The notes: generated by a model not told the origin, from the sequence alone. DNA of 64,000 bases from Chthoniobacterales bacterium (GCA_014879575.1 JACSRU010000113.1:2390-66389); one strand, 5' to 3'. Positions 27,748 through 37,733 are shown, counted from the stretch's first letter. Translations and numbers: made by a program.

Positions 27748-29241
27748 TCACCCGGCCAGTTCTTCGGCGGGATAGGTCCAGATTTCGGAAAGTGTGGGGT
27801 GGTAATGGGGGGTAGTGAGGAGGTCGGCAGCCGTGGCGTGAAAGCGCATGGCCACGACGATTTCATGAATGAGCTCCGCCGCTTCGGGTCCCACAACCGA
27901 ACCGCCAAGGATCTCCCCGGTATGGGAGTCGGCCAGGAGTTTGACGAAGCCGACGGTTTCTCCCATGACGAGGGATTTCCCATGATCAGCAAACGGATAT
28001 TTGGCCGTGCGGAAGCGGATTCCACGGACAGCGAGCTCCGCCTCGGTGGCACCAACACTGGCAAAACCGGGCTCGGTAAAAACGGCGAAGAGGTTGAGCC
28101 GGTAATCCATCGTCTCCATCGGCGCGTCCGTTCCCCGGAGCAAACGGGCGGCATTCCGGGCGGCCACCTCGCCTTGTTGGATGCCGACATGCACGACCTC
28201 CAATGGCCCGCACACATCGCCGGCCGCAAAAATATGCGGCACCGAAGTTTGTTGCGTCGGGGTGACCGCCACTTTCCCGTTCGAAACATCCACCAGCGAC
28301 CCATCCGGGATCACCGCATGACGTCCGAGGGCGTTCAGGATTTCCGCAGCTTCGACGAATTTTTCCTCGTTGTTGTGTAAAAAAATCACGCGCCGTCCTC
28401 CCGGGGATTTCTCAATCCGCAGGAGTTTTGTGCCGGTGAAGATTTCGATGCCCTCCTTCCGCAATCCCTCCGCCAGCGCGTCGGCGGCATCCTTGTCCGA
28501 ACCACGAAGGATTTGGGGGCTGCGTTGGATCAGGGTCACCTTGGTTTCGAAGGCACTGGCATAGGAGGCCATCTCGAGTGCCACAGGACCCCCTCCGAGG
28601 ACGATCAGGGATTCCGGGAGGGATTCACGATCCAGAAGATCATCGCTGGTAAGACAACCGGCCTCCTTCAAACCAGGCACAGGCGGGCTCGATATCGCAG
28701 AGCCCGTGGCAATGAGAATCGTCTTCGCTTCGGCGGTCGTCCGCGCACCGTCCGCTGCGGTGACAACAAGGGTATTTGGACCGGCAAACTCCGCCGTGCC
28801 ACGCAACAGGTCAAAACGACCCTCCTGAAGCTGTGCGGCCCGGTGATCTGAAAATTCGCGAATCAAGTGCCTTTTTCGGGCAATGATTTTTGAAAGATCA
28901 AACCCCCGCCGTTCCGTCGAGAGGCCGAACGCCCCGGCGTTTCGGATGATTCGGTAACGCCGGGCGGATTCGAGGAGGGTTTTGCTCGGCATGCATCCGC
29001 GCAGAATGCACGTCCCCCCCAGTTGCTCCGCCGCCTCGACGACGGCGGTGCGCAGTCCAAGGGAGCAGGCGGCGTTTGCTCCGGCATAGCCCCCACTCCC
29101 TCCTCCGATGACTAAAAAATCGTAGATTATCGCGAATACAATTCGACAACGAGCTGCTCGTTGACGATGGGATTGATTTCCTCGCGGGTCGGAATGCGGA
29201 CGACGCTGCCGCTCAGGTTCTCCTTGTCGGCGAGAAGCCAA
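27748..29241 (-). CDS. class I pyridine nucleotide-disulfide oxidoreductase (glutathione/mercuric-reductase-like flavoprotein)
   Basis: YDFLVIGGGSGG, redox CxxxxC in GGTCILRGCMPSK, and C-terminal HPTLSE. Start unresolved: the only canonical start is TTG 29241, 115 nt inside rpsD. The Rossmann motif begins at the rpsD stop (see findings). Confidence 0.85.
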   Translation of the reverse strand: MASRRQGEPERQRRPHSDPRGNQSHRQRAARCRIVFAIIYDFLVIGGGSGGYAGANAACSLGLRTAVVEAAEQLGGTCILRGCMPSKTLLESARRYRIIRNAGAFGLSTERRGFDLSKIIARKRHLIREFSDHRAAQLQEGRFDLLRGTAEFAGPNTLVVTAADGARTTAEAKTILIATGSAISSPPVPGLKEAGCLTSDDLLDRESLPESLIVLGGGPVALEMASYASAFETKVTLIQRSPQILRGSDKDAADALAEGLRKEGIEIFTGTKLLRIEKSPGGRRVIFLHNNEEKFVEAAEILNALGRHAVIPDGSLVDVSNGKVAVTPTQQTSVPHIFAAGDVCGPLEVVHVGIQQGEVAARNAARLLRGTDAPMETMDYRLNLFAVFTEPGFASVGATEAELAVRGIRFRTAKYPFADHGKSLVMGETVGFVKLLADSHTGEILGGSVVGPEAAELIHEIVVAMRFHATAADLLTTPHYHPTLSEIWTYPAEELAG

Positions 29242-29738
29242 TCGGGAGTCGTGGCGATTTGGGTCAGCTCAACGCCACGGGAACCAAGACGCTTGGAACG
29301 CTCCGCTGTCTTGACGGAGACCACATCTCCGGGCTTGAGATTCATCGAAGCCGCTGCGGTCTTGCGGCCGTTGACGGTGATGTGCCCGTGGGCAACCATC
29401 TGGCGGGCTCCCCGCAGGGTTTTGGAAAATCCGAGCTTCTGCACCACGTTGTCGAGACGGGTCTCAAGGAGCTGGAGCAAGATCTCACCCGTCACCCCGC
29501 GTCGGGAGTCTGCAATCTGAAAATACCGGCGAAATTGTTTTTCCAAAACCCCGTATTGATGACGGAGCTTTTGCTTCTCGGCGAGAGCGAGGGCATAGTC
29601 GCTTTGCTTGCGGCGGGTGCCCTTCGGGCCATGCTGACCGGGAGCATAATTCTTCTTTTCAAAAGCCTTGGGCGATCCGCTGATGAGAACACCGTAGCGG
29701 CGGCTGACTTTGGTTTTTGGTCCTGTATAACGAGCCAT
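29127..29738 (-). CDS. rpsD: 30S ribosomal protein S4
   Basis: MARYTGPKTKVSRRYG N-terminus; 203 aa. Confidence 0.95.
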   Translation of the reverse strand: MARYTGPKTKVSRRYGVLISGSPKAFEKKNYAPGQHGPKGTRRKQSDYALALAEKQKLRHQYGVLEKQFRRYFQIADSRRGVTGEILLQLLETRLDNVVQKLGFSKTLRGARQMVAHGHITVNGRKTAAASMNLKPGDVVSVKTAERSKRLGSRGVELTQIATTPDWLLADKENLSGSVVRIPTREEINPIVNEQLVVELYSR

Positions 29739-29761
29739 GATTTTTGAGTGTTATGTTGTGA

Positions 29762-30433
29762 TCAGACGCGGCGTTGTTTGGGCGGACGGCATCCGTTGTG
29801 TGGGACGGGGGTCACGTCGCGGATGACGGTGACTTCGAGTCCGATCGCCTGCATGGCGCGGACAGCGGATTCGCGTCCGGCACCCGGGCCCTTGACGCGG
29901 ACCTCAACTTCCTTCAGACCATGCCCCATTGCCTGACGGCAGGCATCCTGGGCCACCATCTGGGCGGCGTAAGCCGTGCTTTTACGGGAACCTTTGAATC
30001 CGCACTTCCCGGCACTCGACCACCCGATCACCTGGCCGCGGAGGTCGGTGATGCTGATGATCGTGTTGTTAAAGCTGGCCTGAACATGGGCGATCCCCTG
30101 CAAGATGTTCTTGCTGCCCTTGGCCTTGACGATCTTGACCGGCTCAATGGCATCATCGAGCGAGATGCTCACGGGGGCCGGTGCGGCGGCGGATGCGGCC
30201 TCCTTGGTCTTCTTGGGAGCCCGGGCCTTGGGAGCCTTCGGTTTTTCCCCGGCGGCGGCGGGTTCTGAGGCCACTGGCGTGGCAGGAGCCTCAGCCGCGA
30301 CGGCGGCGGGAGCCTCGGCGGCAGGTGTTTTTTTCTTGGCGGTCGCCCTTGGCTTCTTTTCTGCCGGGGCGGCGGCTTGGGTCTCAGCCCCCTCGGCGGC
30401 GGGCGTTTCTTTGATTGGGTTCTCTTCGGCCAT
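29762..30433 (-). CDS. rpsK: 30S ribosomal protein S11 with a ~94-aa Ala/Pro/Lys-rich N-terminal extension
   Basis: Core [18 protein letters not shown]...GSRKST...[17 protein letters not shown]. The ATG at 30433 lies 13 nt after the rpsM stop. An internal GTG (30172) would give a canonical length. Confidence 0.9.
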   Translation of the reverse strand: MAEENPIKETPAAEGAETQAAAPAEKKPRATAKKKTPAAEAPAAVAAEAPATPVASEPAAAGEKPKAPKARAPKKTKEAASAAAPAPVSISLDDAIEPVKIVKAKGSKNILQGIAHVQASFNNTIISITDLRGQVIGWSSAGKCGFKGSRKSTAYAAQMVAQDACRQAMGHGLKEVEVRVKGPGAGRESAVRAMQAIGLEVTVIRDVTPVPHNGCRPPKQRRV

Positions 30434-30446
30434 GATCAGTTTCTAA

Positions 30447-30842
30447 TTAGACTTTACCCGCTTTGGCATCCTTATTGCGCTGAACGCCGACGGTTTTGCG
30501 CGGACCCTTGCGGGTACGGGCGTTGGTGGAGGTGCGCTGTCCGCGCACCGGGAGACTGCGACGGTGACGGATGCCTCGGTAGCAGTTGATCGCCTGCAGG
30601 CGCTTCAAATTGCCCTGAACTTCCCGACGCAAATCGCCTTCGATCGGGATCTTGCTCGCGTTGATCGCGTGAATGATTGCGTTCAGTTGTTCGGGCGAAA
30701 GATCCTTGGCCCGGATATTCGGGTCAATGTTGGCCTGTTCGAGAACCTTTTTCGTGTTGCTCGGGCCCATGCCATAAATGTAGGGCAGGGAGGCTTCGAT
30801 GCGTTTGTCGCCGGGGATATCAACTCCAAGTAAGCGTGGCAT
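30447..30842 (-). CDS. rpsM: 30S ribosomal protein S13
   Basis: [20 protein letters not shown]-terminus. Confidence 0.95.
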   Translation of the reverse strand: MPRLLGVDIPGDKRIEASLPYIYGMGPSNTKKVLEQANIDPNIRAKDLSPEQLNAIIHAINASKIPIEGDLRREVQGNLKRLQAINCYRGIRHRRSLPVRGQRTSTNARTRKGPRKTVGVQRNKDAKAGKV

Positions 30843-30888
30843 AAATTCGGTATTGTGGTGGTCGTTTGGCGGATGGGTGTTGGCCGGA

Positions 30889-31002
30889 TCAGCCTTGTTT
30901 CTGTTTGTGCCGGGGATTTTTACAAATCACACGGATGACATTCTTGCGACGCACAATCTTGCAGGCTTCGCACAATCTTTTGACGGAGGCTCGAACTTTC
31001 AT
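30889..31002 (-). CDS. rpmJ: 50S ribosomal protein L36
   Basis: Too short for the ORF track. Hand translation gives [41 protein letters not shown] overlap with the infA stop. Confidence 0.9.
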   Translation of the reverse strand: MKVRASVKRLCEACKIVRRKNVIRVICKNPRHKQKQG

Positions 31003-31253
31003 TTTCTTCTATGGTTAATATGTGACGACGATTCGTTTTTGTGCCGGTAGGTGATTCGGCCCTTGGTAAGGTCGTAGGGGGACATCTCCACCATGACCCG
31101 GTCTCCGGGGAGGATGCGGATGAAGTGCAACCGCATCTTACCAGAGATATGAGCGAGGATGCGGTGCCCGTTTTCCAGTTCAATCCGGAACATGGTATTC
31201 GGGAGCAGCTCGACAACTTTTCCTTCTACTTCAATAGCGTCTTTCTTGGCCAT
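30999..31253 (-). CDS. infA: translation initiation factor IF-1
   Basis: [30 protein letters not shown]...ITYRHK, with a short C-terminal tail. Confidence 0.93.
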   Translation of the reverse strand: MAKKDAIEVEGKVVELLPNTMFRIELENGHRILAHISGKMRLHFIRILPGDRVMVEMSPYDLTKGRITYRHKNESSSHINHRRK

Positions 31254-31990
31254 GTCAATACTTCCGGGTTGTTGTCGGTAACCAGCACCGTGTGTTCAAA
31301 ATGAGCAGAGGGACGACCGTCATCGGTGACGGCGGTCCACTTGTCGGACAGGACGCGCACTTTCGCCTTTCCCATGTTGATCATGGGCTCGATGGCGATC
31401 GTCATTCCAGCCTTCAGTTTGGGACCGGATTCGCGTTTTCCAAAATTGGGGACCTGGGGATCTTCATGGAGATGGCGCCCAACACCATGTCCGACAAATT
31501 CGCGCACCACGCTAAAGCCGTTTTTGTGGGCTTCGGTTTCCACATAATGGGAAATGTCGCCGACTCGGTTGTTTGGGCGGGCAAGTGCGACGGCTCCCTG
31601 GAGAATTTCCTCGGTCACCGTGAGGAGGCGCTCCACCTCGGGATCAATGATTCCGACCGGAACTGACATCGCGGTGTCTCCAATCCAGCCGTCGCGGATG
31701 ATGCCGACATCCATTTTCACAATGTCGCCGTAGGCGATTTTCCGGGGTCCCGGGATGCCGTGAACGACTTCTTCATTGAGACTGATGCAGATGTGGCCCG
31801 GAAATTTTCTGTAGCCGAGAAATGCGCTCCGAACGCCGGCCTCCGACATGAGTTGAGAAGCCGCGTGGTTGATCTCGCTTGTTGTCACGCCGGGTGCCAC
31901 GCGGGTGGCGAGCTCGTTGAGAATTTGCGCGGCGGTTTCTCCGGCAAGCCGCATTTTCTCGATTTCGTGGGGTCGCTTGATCGGGATCAT
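31226..31990 (-). CDS. map: type I methionine aminopeptidase
   Basis: MetAP fold ([23 protein letters not shown]); position after adk. Confidence 0.92.
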   Translation of the reverse strand: MIPIKRPHEIEKMRLAGETAAQILNELATRVAPGVTTSEINHAASQLMSEAGVRSAFLGYRKFPGHICISLNEEVVHGIPGPRKIAYGDIVKMDVGIIRDGWIGDTAMSVPVGIIDPEVERLLTVTEEILQGAVALARPNNRVGDISHYVETEAHKNGFSVVREFVGHGVGRHLHEDPQVPNFGKRESGPKLKAGMTIAIEPMINMGKAKVRVLSDKWTAVTDDGRPSAHFEHTVLVTDNNPEVLTWPRKTLLK

Positions 31991-32634
31991 TCGTCCGTCC
32001 TCAAATCGTTGTAGAGCAGTTGGAATACGGCATCGCGCCCGAAGCGCACATCCACTTTTTTCAACAGTCCGGCCTTCTCGTAGTAATCACAAATCGGCTG
32101 GGTAAACTCATGGTATTGGGCCAGTCGCTGATCGAGGGCTTCGAGCGTGTCATCCGTCCGGCGCGCCAGGACGCCCTCGCATTTCGGGCAGGGATCCTCG
32201 ACGGAAATCTTGTGAAAGTTTTCGCTGAAGACCGCGCCACACTTCGAGCAGGTGAGGCGCCCAAGCATACGGACGCGAACCTCCTCATCGGGAAGCTCCA
32301 GCAGATAGACGGTTTGAAGACCGAGGGATTTCTGTTCGAGAAGGGCATCCAAGGCAATCGCCTGACCGACCGTGCGGGGGAACCCATCAAAGATGAAACG
32401 GGAATGAGTGCCCAGCCACTGGTCCACGATTCGGATGGCCAACTCGTCGGGAAAGAGAAGCCCGCGACTCGTATAGGAATCCGCCTCGAGACCGATCGGA
32501 GTCCCCTTGGCGCGCTCCTCGCGCACGATGGCGCCCGTGGAGACATGCGGGATGCCGAAGACCGCCCCGAGGAGGGAGGCTTGCGTGCCCTTGCCGGATG
32601 CCGGCGGACCGAGCAGAACGATTCGATTCTTCAA
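31987..32634 (-). CDS. adk: adenylate kinase
   Basis: LLGPPASGKGTQ P-loop; CSKCG...CPKCEG zinc lid. Confidence 0.93.
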   Translation of the reverse strand: MKNRIVLLGPPASGKGTQASLLGAVFGIPHVSTGAIVREERAKGTPIGLEADSYTSRGLLFPDELAIRIVDQWLGTHSRFIFDGFPRTVGQAIALDALLEQKSLGLQTVYLLELPDEEVRVRMLGRLTCSKCGAVFSENFHKISVEDPCPKCEGVLARRTDDTLEALDQRLAQYHEFTQPICDYYEKAGLLKKVDVRFGRDAVFQLLYNDLRTDE

Positions 32635-32650
32635 TTGCCCGGTGCGCGCA

Positions 32651-34159
32651 CTAATGTTGCGTCGCGAGATAAATTGTCACCCCCGCGATGATCAGGATGC
32701 CCAGAGCGGCATACATCCAAACGAGGGTTTGATCGTGAAGGAGATTGCCCGAACCCATGCGGGGACGCTGGTCGCGCGCGCCACGCATCCGGCCCTTGCG
32801 AAGGAACCCATCATAGTGACGCTGGAGCAAATGAGTCTCCACCTGGCGCATCGTATCCAGCACAACACCCACAATAATCAGGAGCCCCGTGCCTCCGAAA
32901 AATTGCGATGTCATGTAGGGGACATTGAGCCACTGGGTGAGCATCTGAGGAAGGACCGCGATGATCGTCAGGAATGCCGCGCCGGCAAAGGTGAGACGTG
33001 TCATCGTATAGTCCAGAAAATCTGCGGTCGGCTTGCCGGGACGAACCCCGGGAATAAATCCGCCGTATTTTTTCAAATCATCGGCGATTTGAACCGGCTG
33101 GAATTGGGTCGCCACCCAGAAATAGCTGAAAAAGAAAATCATCACTCCGTAGAGTGCGTAGTGCAGCCAGCCATTGGTCAAAAGATTCGAGAGTTCCTGG
33201 GCCCAGCGCTGCCCGGGAAACGCCATGTTAAAAATCGTTGAGGGAAAGAGAAGGATCGCCTGGGCAAAGATGATCGGCATGACGCCCGCATAATTAACCT
33301 TCAGAGGCATATACTGCGTTTGTCCGCCGTAAACCTTGCGTCCAACAACCCGCTTCGCATACTGAATGCTGACCTTGCGCTGCGCCTGCGTGACCGCAAT
33401 CACCGCAGCAACCACAAAGACCAGGAAGGCCACCATGAGGACCAGAACAACCGGGCTGACGGCCGGCTGGGAATCGGCCCCGGAAGGAACAAATGTCCTC
33501 CAGGCCTGGATGAGACCGGCCGGAAGTTGGGCCAAAATGCCGATGGTAATGATCAGGGAGACCCCGTTTCCGATGCCGCGCTCCGTGATCTGGTCGCCGA
33601 TCCACATGAGGAACATGGTCCCTGCGGTCATCGTCAAGACGGTCGTCATCTGGAATCCGAAACCGGGGGCAGACACGAGGCTGACCCCCATCCGGTTGAT
33701 CGTTTCCATGATCCCCGGCAAAAACGGGTTATGGAGCGGATTTTCAAAGGATTTTGCCAGAAGATAACCTTGGAAGATACACAACCCGATCGTTGCATAC
33801 CGCGTATATTGCATGATTTTCTCGCGGCCACCGTCCTCGCGGGAAAGCTTCCCGAGCTGCGGGATCACCGCTGTCAGGAGCTGAAGCATGATCGATGCGC
33901 TGATGAAAGGCATCACTCCCAGGGAAAAAATTGCGCAGTTGGCAAGGGCCCCTCCACTGAAGAGGTTGAAGAGATCCGCCACGCCGCCCGCCGACGCCGC
34001 AGTGGCCCGGTCCAGGAACCAATGTCGGAGGACGTCGGCGTTGACGCCGGGAGTCGTAATCGCCGAACCGGCGCGCACGACAACAATCATCGCCAAAGTG
34101 AACAGCACGCGAACGCGCAGTTCCGGAATTTTAAAAATGTTGGCGAAGGCGGCGATCAT
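32651..34159 (-). CDS. secY: preprotein translocase subunit SecY
   Basis: 10-TM protein of 502 aa, conserved position after rplO; FSGGALANCAIFSLGVMPFISASI. Confidence 0.95.
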   Translation of the reverse strand: MIAAFANIFKIPELRVRVLFTLAMIVVVRAGSAITTPGVNADVLRHWFLDRATAASAGGVADLFNLFSGGALANCAIFSLGVMPFISASIMLQLLTAVIPQLGKLSREDGGREKIMQYTRYATIGLCIFQGYLLAKSFENPLHNPFLPGIMETINRMGVSLVSAPGFGFQMTTVLTMTAGTMFLMWIGDQITERGIGNGVSLIITIGILAQLPAGLIQAWRTFVPSGADSQPAVSPVVLVLMVAFLVFVVAAVIAVTQAQRKVSIQYAKRVVGRKVYGGQTQYMPLKVNYAGVMPIIFAQAILLFPSTIFNMAFPGQRWAQELSNLLTNGWLHYALYGVMIFFFSYFWVATQFQPVQIADDLKKYGGFIPGVRPGKPTADFLDYTMTRLTFAGAAFLTIIAVLPQMLTQWLNVPYMTSQFFGGTGLLIIVGVVLDTMRQVETHLLQRHYDGFLRKGRMRGARDQRPRMGSGNLLHDQTLVWMYAALGILIIAGVTIYLATQH

Positions 34160-34165
34160 GCAGCC

Positions 34166-34630
34166 TTACTTCGCAGCTTCCACTTTCGGCAGCTCGACCG
34201 TTCCGCCCGCCTTCTCAATCTTTTCCCGGGCTGTGGCACTGACTTCATCCACGAGGACATTCAGAGCCTTCGTGATTTCGCCGCGCCCAAGAATTTTCAC
34301 GCCATCGAAGCGGCCCTTCACGAGGCCCGCCTTGCGGAGGGAATCCTCCGTCACGGCATCCCCGGCGGAAAATGTTTTGTCCAAGGAGTCCAGATTAACG
34401 ACGCCGTAAACGGTTTTGAAGGCGGCGTTGTTAAACCCGCGTTTCGGCAAACGGCGGTAGATCGGCATCTGGCCGCCCTCGAATCCCGGACGGATCGAAC
34501 CGCCCGAGCGCGCCTTCTGGCCCTTGTGGCCTTTCCCGGACGTTTTGCCCTTGCCGGAACTTTCGCCGATACCGAGGCGTTTGCGGCGGTGCTTGGCACC
34601 GGGATTGGGTTTCAGGTCGTGAAGTCTCAT
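34166..34630 (-). CDS. rplO: 50S ribosomal protein L15
   Basis: Start at MRLHDLKPNPGAKHRRKRLGIG (ATG 34630, residue 91 of the track ORF). Confidence 0.93.
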   Translation of the reverse strand: MRLHDLKPNPGAKHRRKRLGIGESSGKGKTSGKGHKGQKARSGGSIRPGFEGGQMPIYRRLPKRGFNNAAFKTVYGVVNLDSLDKTFSAGDAVTEDSLRKAGLVKGRFDGVKILGRGEITKALNVLVDEVSATAREKIEKAGGTVELPKVEAAK

Positions 34631-34634
34631 GGGT

Positions 34635-35189
34635 TCAGGCTGCTGCTGGTGCCGCCGCGTCGGTCTTGGGCCGAACGGCCTTGCCACGCACGCGGAAAAT
34701 TTCTTCTTTTTGACGGAGTTGGGTGAGTGCCGTGATCGTGGCGTGGACGACATTGGCGTGGTTGCTCGATCCCAGCGATTTGGCCAGGATGTCGCGGATG
34801 CCAACGGCCTCGATGACGGCCCGGACACCACCGCCAGCGATAACTCCGGTTCCCGGCGAGGCGGGCCGCAGGAGGACACGGCCCCCGCCAAATTCTCCAA
34901 ACACTTCGTGCGGAATTGTGTTCTCGTGAACGGCGATTTTCACCATGTGTTTTCTTGAAGCGTCCGTCGCCTTGCGAATTGCTTCGCTGACTTCATTCGC
35001 CTTGCCGAATCCAACCCCGACTTTTCCCTTGCGATCTCCACTGACAATAAGGGCGCTGAAGCTGAAACGGCGTCCGCCCTTTACAACTTTTGCACAGCGG
35101 TTGATGAATACGACTTTTTCCGTCGTCTCCTTGGGTTCGCTGGGAGTATCCGAGCGTGGATTCCTTCTTTCTCTGGGTTTCGGAGGCAT
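34635..35189 (-). CDS. rpsE: 30S ribosomal protein S5
   Basis: [26 protein letters not shown] core; basic N-terminal tail. Confidence 0.95.
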   Translation of the reverse strand: MPPKPRERRNPRSDTPSEPKETTEKVVFINRCAKVVKGGRRFSFSALIVSGDRKGKVGVGFGKANEVSEAIRKATDASRKHMVKIAVHENTIPHEVFGEFGGGRVLLRPASPGTGVIAGGGVRAVIEAVGIRDILAKSLGSSNHANVVHATITALTQLRQKEEIFRVRGKAVRPKTDAAAPAAA

Positions 35190-35201
35190 GATATATTTGG
35201 A

Positions 35202-35558
35202 TTAAAATTCGAATCCGCCTTCCCGGGCGGCATCGGCCAGGGCCTTGACTTTGCCATGGTATTTGAAACCGCCACGATCAAAGACAACCTTGGTGATTTT
35301 TTTTGAGGAGGCGCGCTCGGCGACAAGTTTTCCGACCTTCTGGGCGCCCGCCACGTTTGCGTGTGTTTTGGCACCCGAGCGAAGATCCGCTTCGGTCGTA
35401 TTGACGGAAATGAGCGTCTTCCCAGCCTGATCATCAATGACCTGGGCGGTGATGTGACGTCCGGAAAAATGGACGGCCAGACGCGGGCGCTCTGCGGTTC
35501 CCGAGACTTTTTTGCGCAGGCGGGCGTGGCGGTGTTGGCGTTTGTCGGTGGCTGACAT
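35202..35558 (-). CDS. rplR: 50S ribosomal protein L18
   Basis: [36 protein letters not shown]; C-terminal [23 protein letters not shown]. Confidence 0.95.
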   Translation of the reverse strand: MSATDKRQHRHARLRKKVSGTAERPRLAVHFSGRHITAQVIDDQAGKTLISVNTTEADLRSGAKTHANVAGAQKVGKLVAERASSKKITKVVFDRGGFKYHGKVKALADAAREGGFEF

Positions 35559-35561
35559 GGG

Positions 35562-36101
35562 TTATTGGACGGTTTTGCCTTCTTTGCGGCGGATTTGCTC
35601 CCCAACGAAACGCACGCCCTTGCCCTTGTAAGGTTCCGGCGGATAAAACGCGCGGATATCGGCGGCGCACTGGCCCACAATGTGGTTGTCAATGCCTTCG
35701 ATGGTGATTTTTGTGTTGTCCGCGACTGTGATTTTGATCTCAGCGGGGATTGGGAAGAGAATGGGGTGGGACTTTCCGAGACTCAGGTTGAGCGTCTGCC
35801 CCTGAACGGCGGCCTTGAAGCCGACGCCCTGGATTTCCAGCATGCGTTTGAAGCCTTCGCTCACGCCGGTCACCATGTTGGCGACCAGCGCGCGGGAAAG
35901 CCCGTGCAGGGCTTTTTCCTGACGGGAATCCCCCGTGCGGGTGAGTGCCACTTCGACGCCTTCGACATTCGCCTTGATGGCAGTCGGCAGAGTCCACTCC
36001 AGTTTTCCCTTGGGCCCTTCCACAGCGACGGATCCCGTCCCGGAGACCGAGACCTTCACCTTCGCGGGAAGCGTGATTTTTTTATTGCCGATACGTGACA
36101 T
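35562..36101 (-). CDS. rplF: 50S ribosomal protein L6
   Basis: Start at MSRIGNKKITLPAKVKV (ATG 36101, residue 47 of the track ORF). Confidence 0.94.
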   Translation of the reverse strand: MSRIGNKKITLPAKVKVSVSGTGSVAVEGPKGKLEWTLPTAIKANVEGVEVALTRTGDSRQEKALHGLSRALVANMVTGVSEGFKRMLEIQGVGFKAAVQGQTLNLSLGKSHPILFPIPAEIKITVADNTKITIEGIDNHIVGQCAADIRAFYPPEPYKGKGVRFVGEQIRRKEGKTVQ

Positions 36102-36102
36102 G

Positions 36103-36492
36103 TTACCAGATGTAGGCGAGCAATTCGCCGCCGACGTTTTGTTTGCGCGCTTCCTGACCGGAGAGAATGCCGCGGGGTGTTGAGAGCACCGCGATGCCCA
36201 AGCCGCCGAGAACGCGGGGAATCTCCCCGGCTCCCACATAGCGGCGCAGACCGGGACGGCTTACTCGCTTGAGTCCGGTAATGGCGCTGGTTTTGTTGAC
36301 ATACTTGACGCGAATTTTGAGCTGGGGATGCTTTTCCGAGGTATCGAGTTCGCAGTCGCTGATGTAGCCCTCCTTTTTGAGGACTTTGGCGACTTCGCTC
36401 TTCATTTTCGAATACGGCATCTTGAACTCGGATTTCTTCGCGCCTGCAGCGTTGCGCAACCGGGCGAGGAGGTCTGCAATGGGATCATTCAT
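36103..36492 (-). CDS. rpsH: 30S ribosomal protein S8
   Basis: MNDPIADLLARLRNA N-terminus. Confidence 0.95.
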   Translation of the reverse strand: MNDPIADLLARLRNAAGAKKSEFKMPYSKMKSEVAKVLKKEGYISDCELDTSEKHPQLKIRVKYVNKTSAITGLKRVSRPGLRRYVGAGEIPRVLGGLGIAVLSTPRGILSGQEARKQNVGGELLAYIW

Positions 36493-36506
36493 GGGCTTAT
36501 GGGTGC

Positions 36507-37094
36507 TCAGGCGGCTTCCGCGGCCTTGGTGGCAACTTTCTTGGCTTTGTCTGCGAACGGCATTCCGAGTTCGCTCAGGAGGGATTTTGCCTCCTCGTTG
36601 GTAACGGCGGTAGTGACAATCGTCACGTCGAAGCCGACATTCTTTTTGATTCGATCCAGCTCGATTTCCGGAAAAATCGACTGGTCAGCCACGCCGAGCG
36701 TGTAGTTTCCGTTCCCGTCGAACGCCCGCGTGGAGACGCCGCGGAAGTCACGGATGCGCGGAAGCGCGGTTTTGATGAGGCGCTCGAGGAACTCATACAT
36801 GACGCGACCGCGGAGCGTGACCTTGGCACCGATGGCCTGGTTGTCGCGCAGTTTGAAGTTCGAGATGGCCTTCTTGGACGTGGTCGTGACCGGCTTTTGT
36901 CCGGTGATCGTGGCAAGATCGGTCCGGGCAATTTCGAGGGCCTCCTTGGTATCCGGAGCGGAGCCGATACACGTATTGACGACGACCTTCGAGACCTTGG
37001 GAATCTCGCTCACATTTTTGTAGCCGTGTTTTTCGCGCAGCACGCCCAGCACGCGTGTTTTATATTCGATAAGAAGTTCAGGTTCCTGTGTCAT
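36507..37094 (-). CDS. rplE: 50S ribosomal protein L5
   Basis: 195 aa in the conserved position; FRGVSTRAFDGNGNYTLGVADQSIFPEI. Confidence 0.95.
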   Translation of the reverse strand: MTQEPELLIEYKTRVLGVLREKHGYKNVSEIPKVSKVVVNTCIGSAPDTKEALEIARTDLATITGQKPVTTTSKKAISNFKLRDNQAIGAKVTLRGRVMYEFLERLIKTALPRIRDFRGVSTRAFDGNGNYTLGVADQSIFPEIELDRIKKNVGFDVTIVTTAVTNEEAKSLLSELGMPFADKAKKVATKAAEAA

Positions 37095-37097
37095 GGC

Positions 37098-37370
37098 TTA
37101 GGCGACCTTCTTTTTGGCCGGTTTGTCAGAAGCGGCCTTTTCGACCAGTTTGACGTTGGAAATGTGGATCGGTCCCTCGCGTTCGATGATCGCGCCATTT
37201 GGCTGATCCTGGGTCTTGCGCTGATGTTTTTTAATCATGCGCACCCCCTCGATAATGACCTGGCTTTTTGCGGCAAGGATTTGAAGGATCTTTCCGCTCG
37301 CCCCCTTATGATTGCCGGAGATCACCTGGACAGTGTCTCCCCTGTGGACATGGAAGCGGGATTTGCTCAT
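37098..37370 (-). CDS. rplX: 50S ribosomal protein L24
   Basis: KOW motif [13 protein letters not shown]. Confidence 0.94.
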   Translation of the reverse strand: MSKSRFHVHRGDTVQVISGNHKGASGKILQILAAKSQVIIEGVRMIKKHQRKTQDQPNGAIIEREGPIHISNVKLVEKAASDKPAKKKVA

Positions 37371-37732
37371 AGGACCTCCGGTGCCAGCGATATGATTTTC
37401 ATGAAGTTTTTTTCGCGCAGTTCGCGGGCCACCGGCCCGAAGATGCGGGTGCCGCGGGGGTTCATGTCCTTGTCGATGATGACAATCGCATTGTTGTCAA
37501 AACGCAGGCAGGAACCATCCTCCCGGCGAACGGGCTGTTTGGTGCGAACGACCACGGCGCGAACAACGTCCCCCTTTTTCACGGTGCCCCCTGTGGAGGC
37601 TTCCTTGACGTTGGCTGTGATGATGTCGCCGACATGGGCACTCTGCGTGGCCTTGCCGATGACGCCGATCATGGTGGCCATGCGGGCGCCGGTATTGTCG
37701 GCCACGTCGATGCGGGTGCGAAGCTGGATCAT
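37367..37732 (-). CDS. rplN: 50S ribosomal protein L14
   Basis: [17 protein letters not shown]-terminus. Confidence 0.96.
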   Translation of the reverse strand: MIQLRTRIDVADNTGARMATMIGVIGKATQSAHVGDIITANVKEASTGGTVKKGDVVRAVVVRTKQPVRREDGSCLRFDNNAIVIIDKDMNPRGTRIFGPVARELREKNFMKIISLAPEVL

Positions 37733-37733
37733 G

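Noticed and set aside
33320-34726. 468-aa ORF on the plus strand (also 36897..37973 and 25090..26292)
   Set aside because: Antisense shadows of secY/rplO, of the r-protein genes, and of the CGS-like gene respectively.
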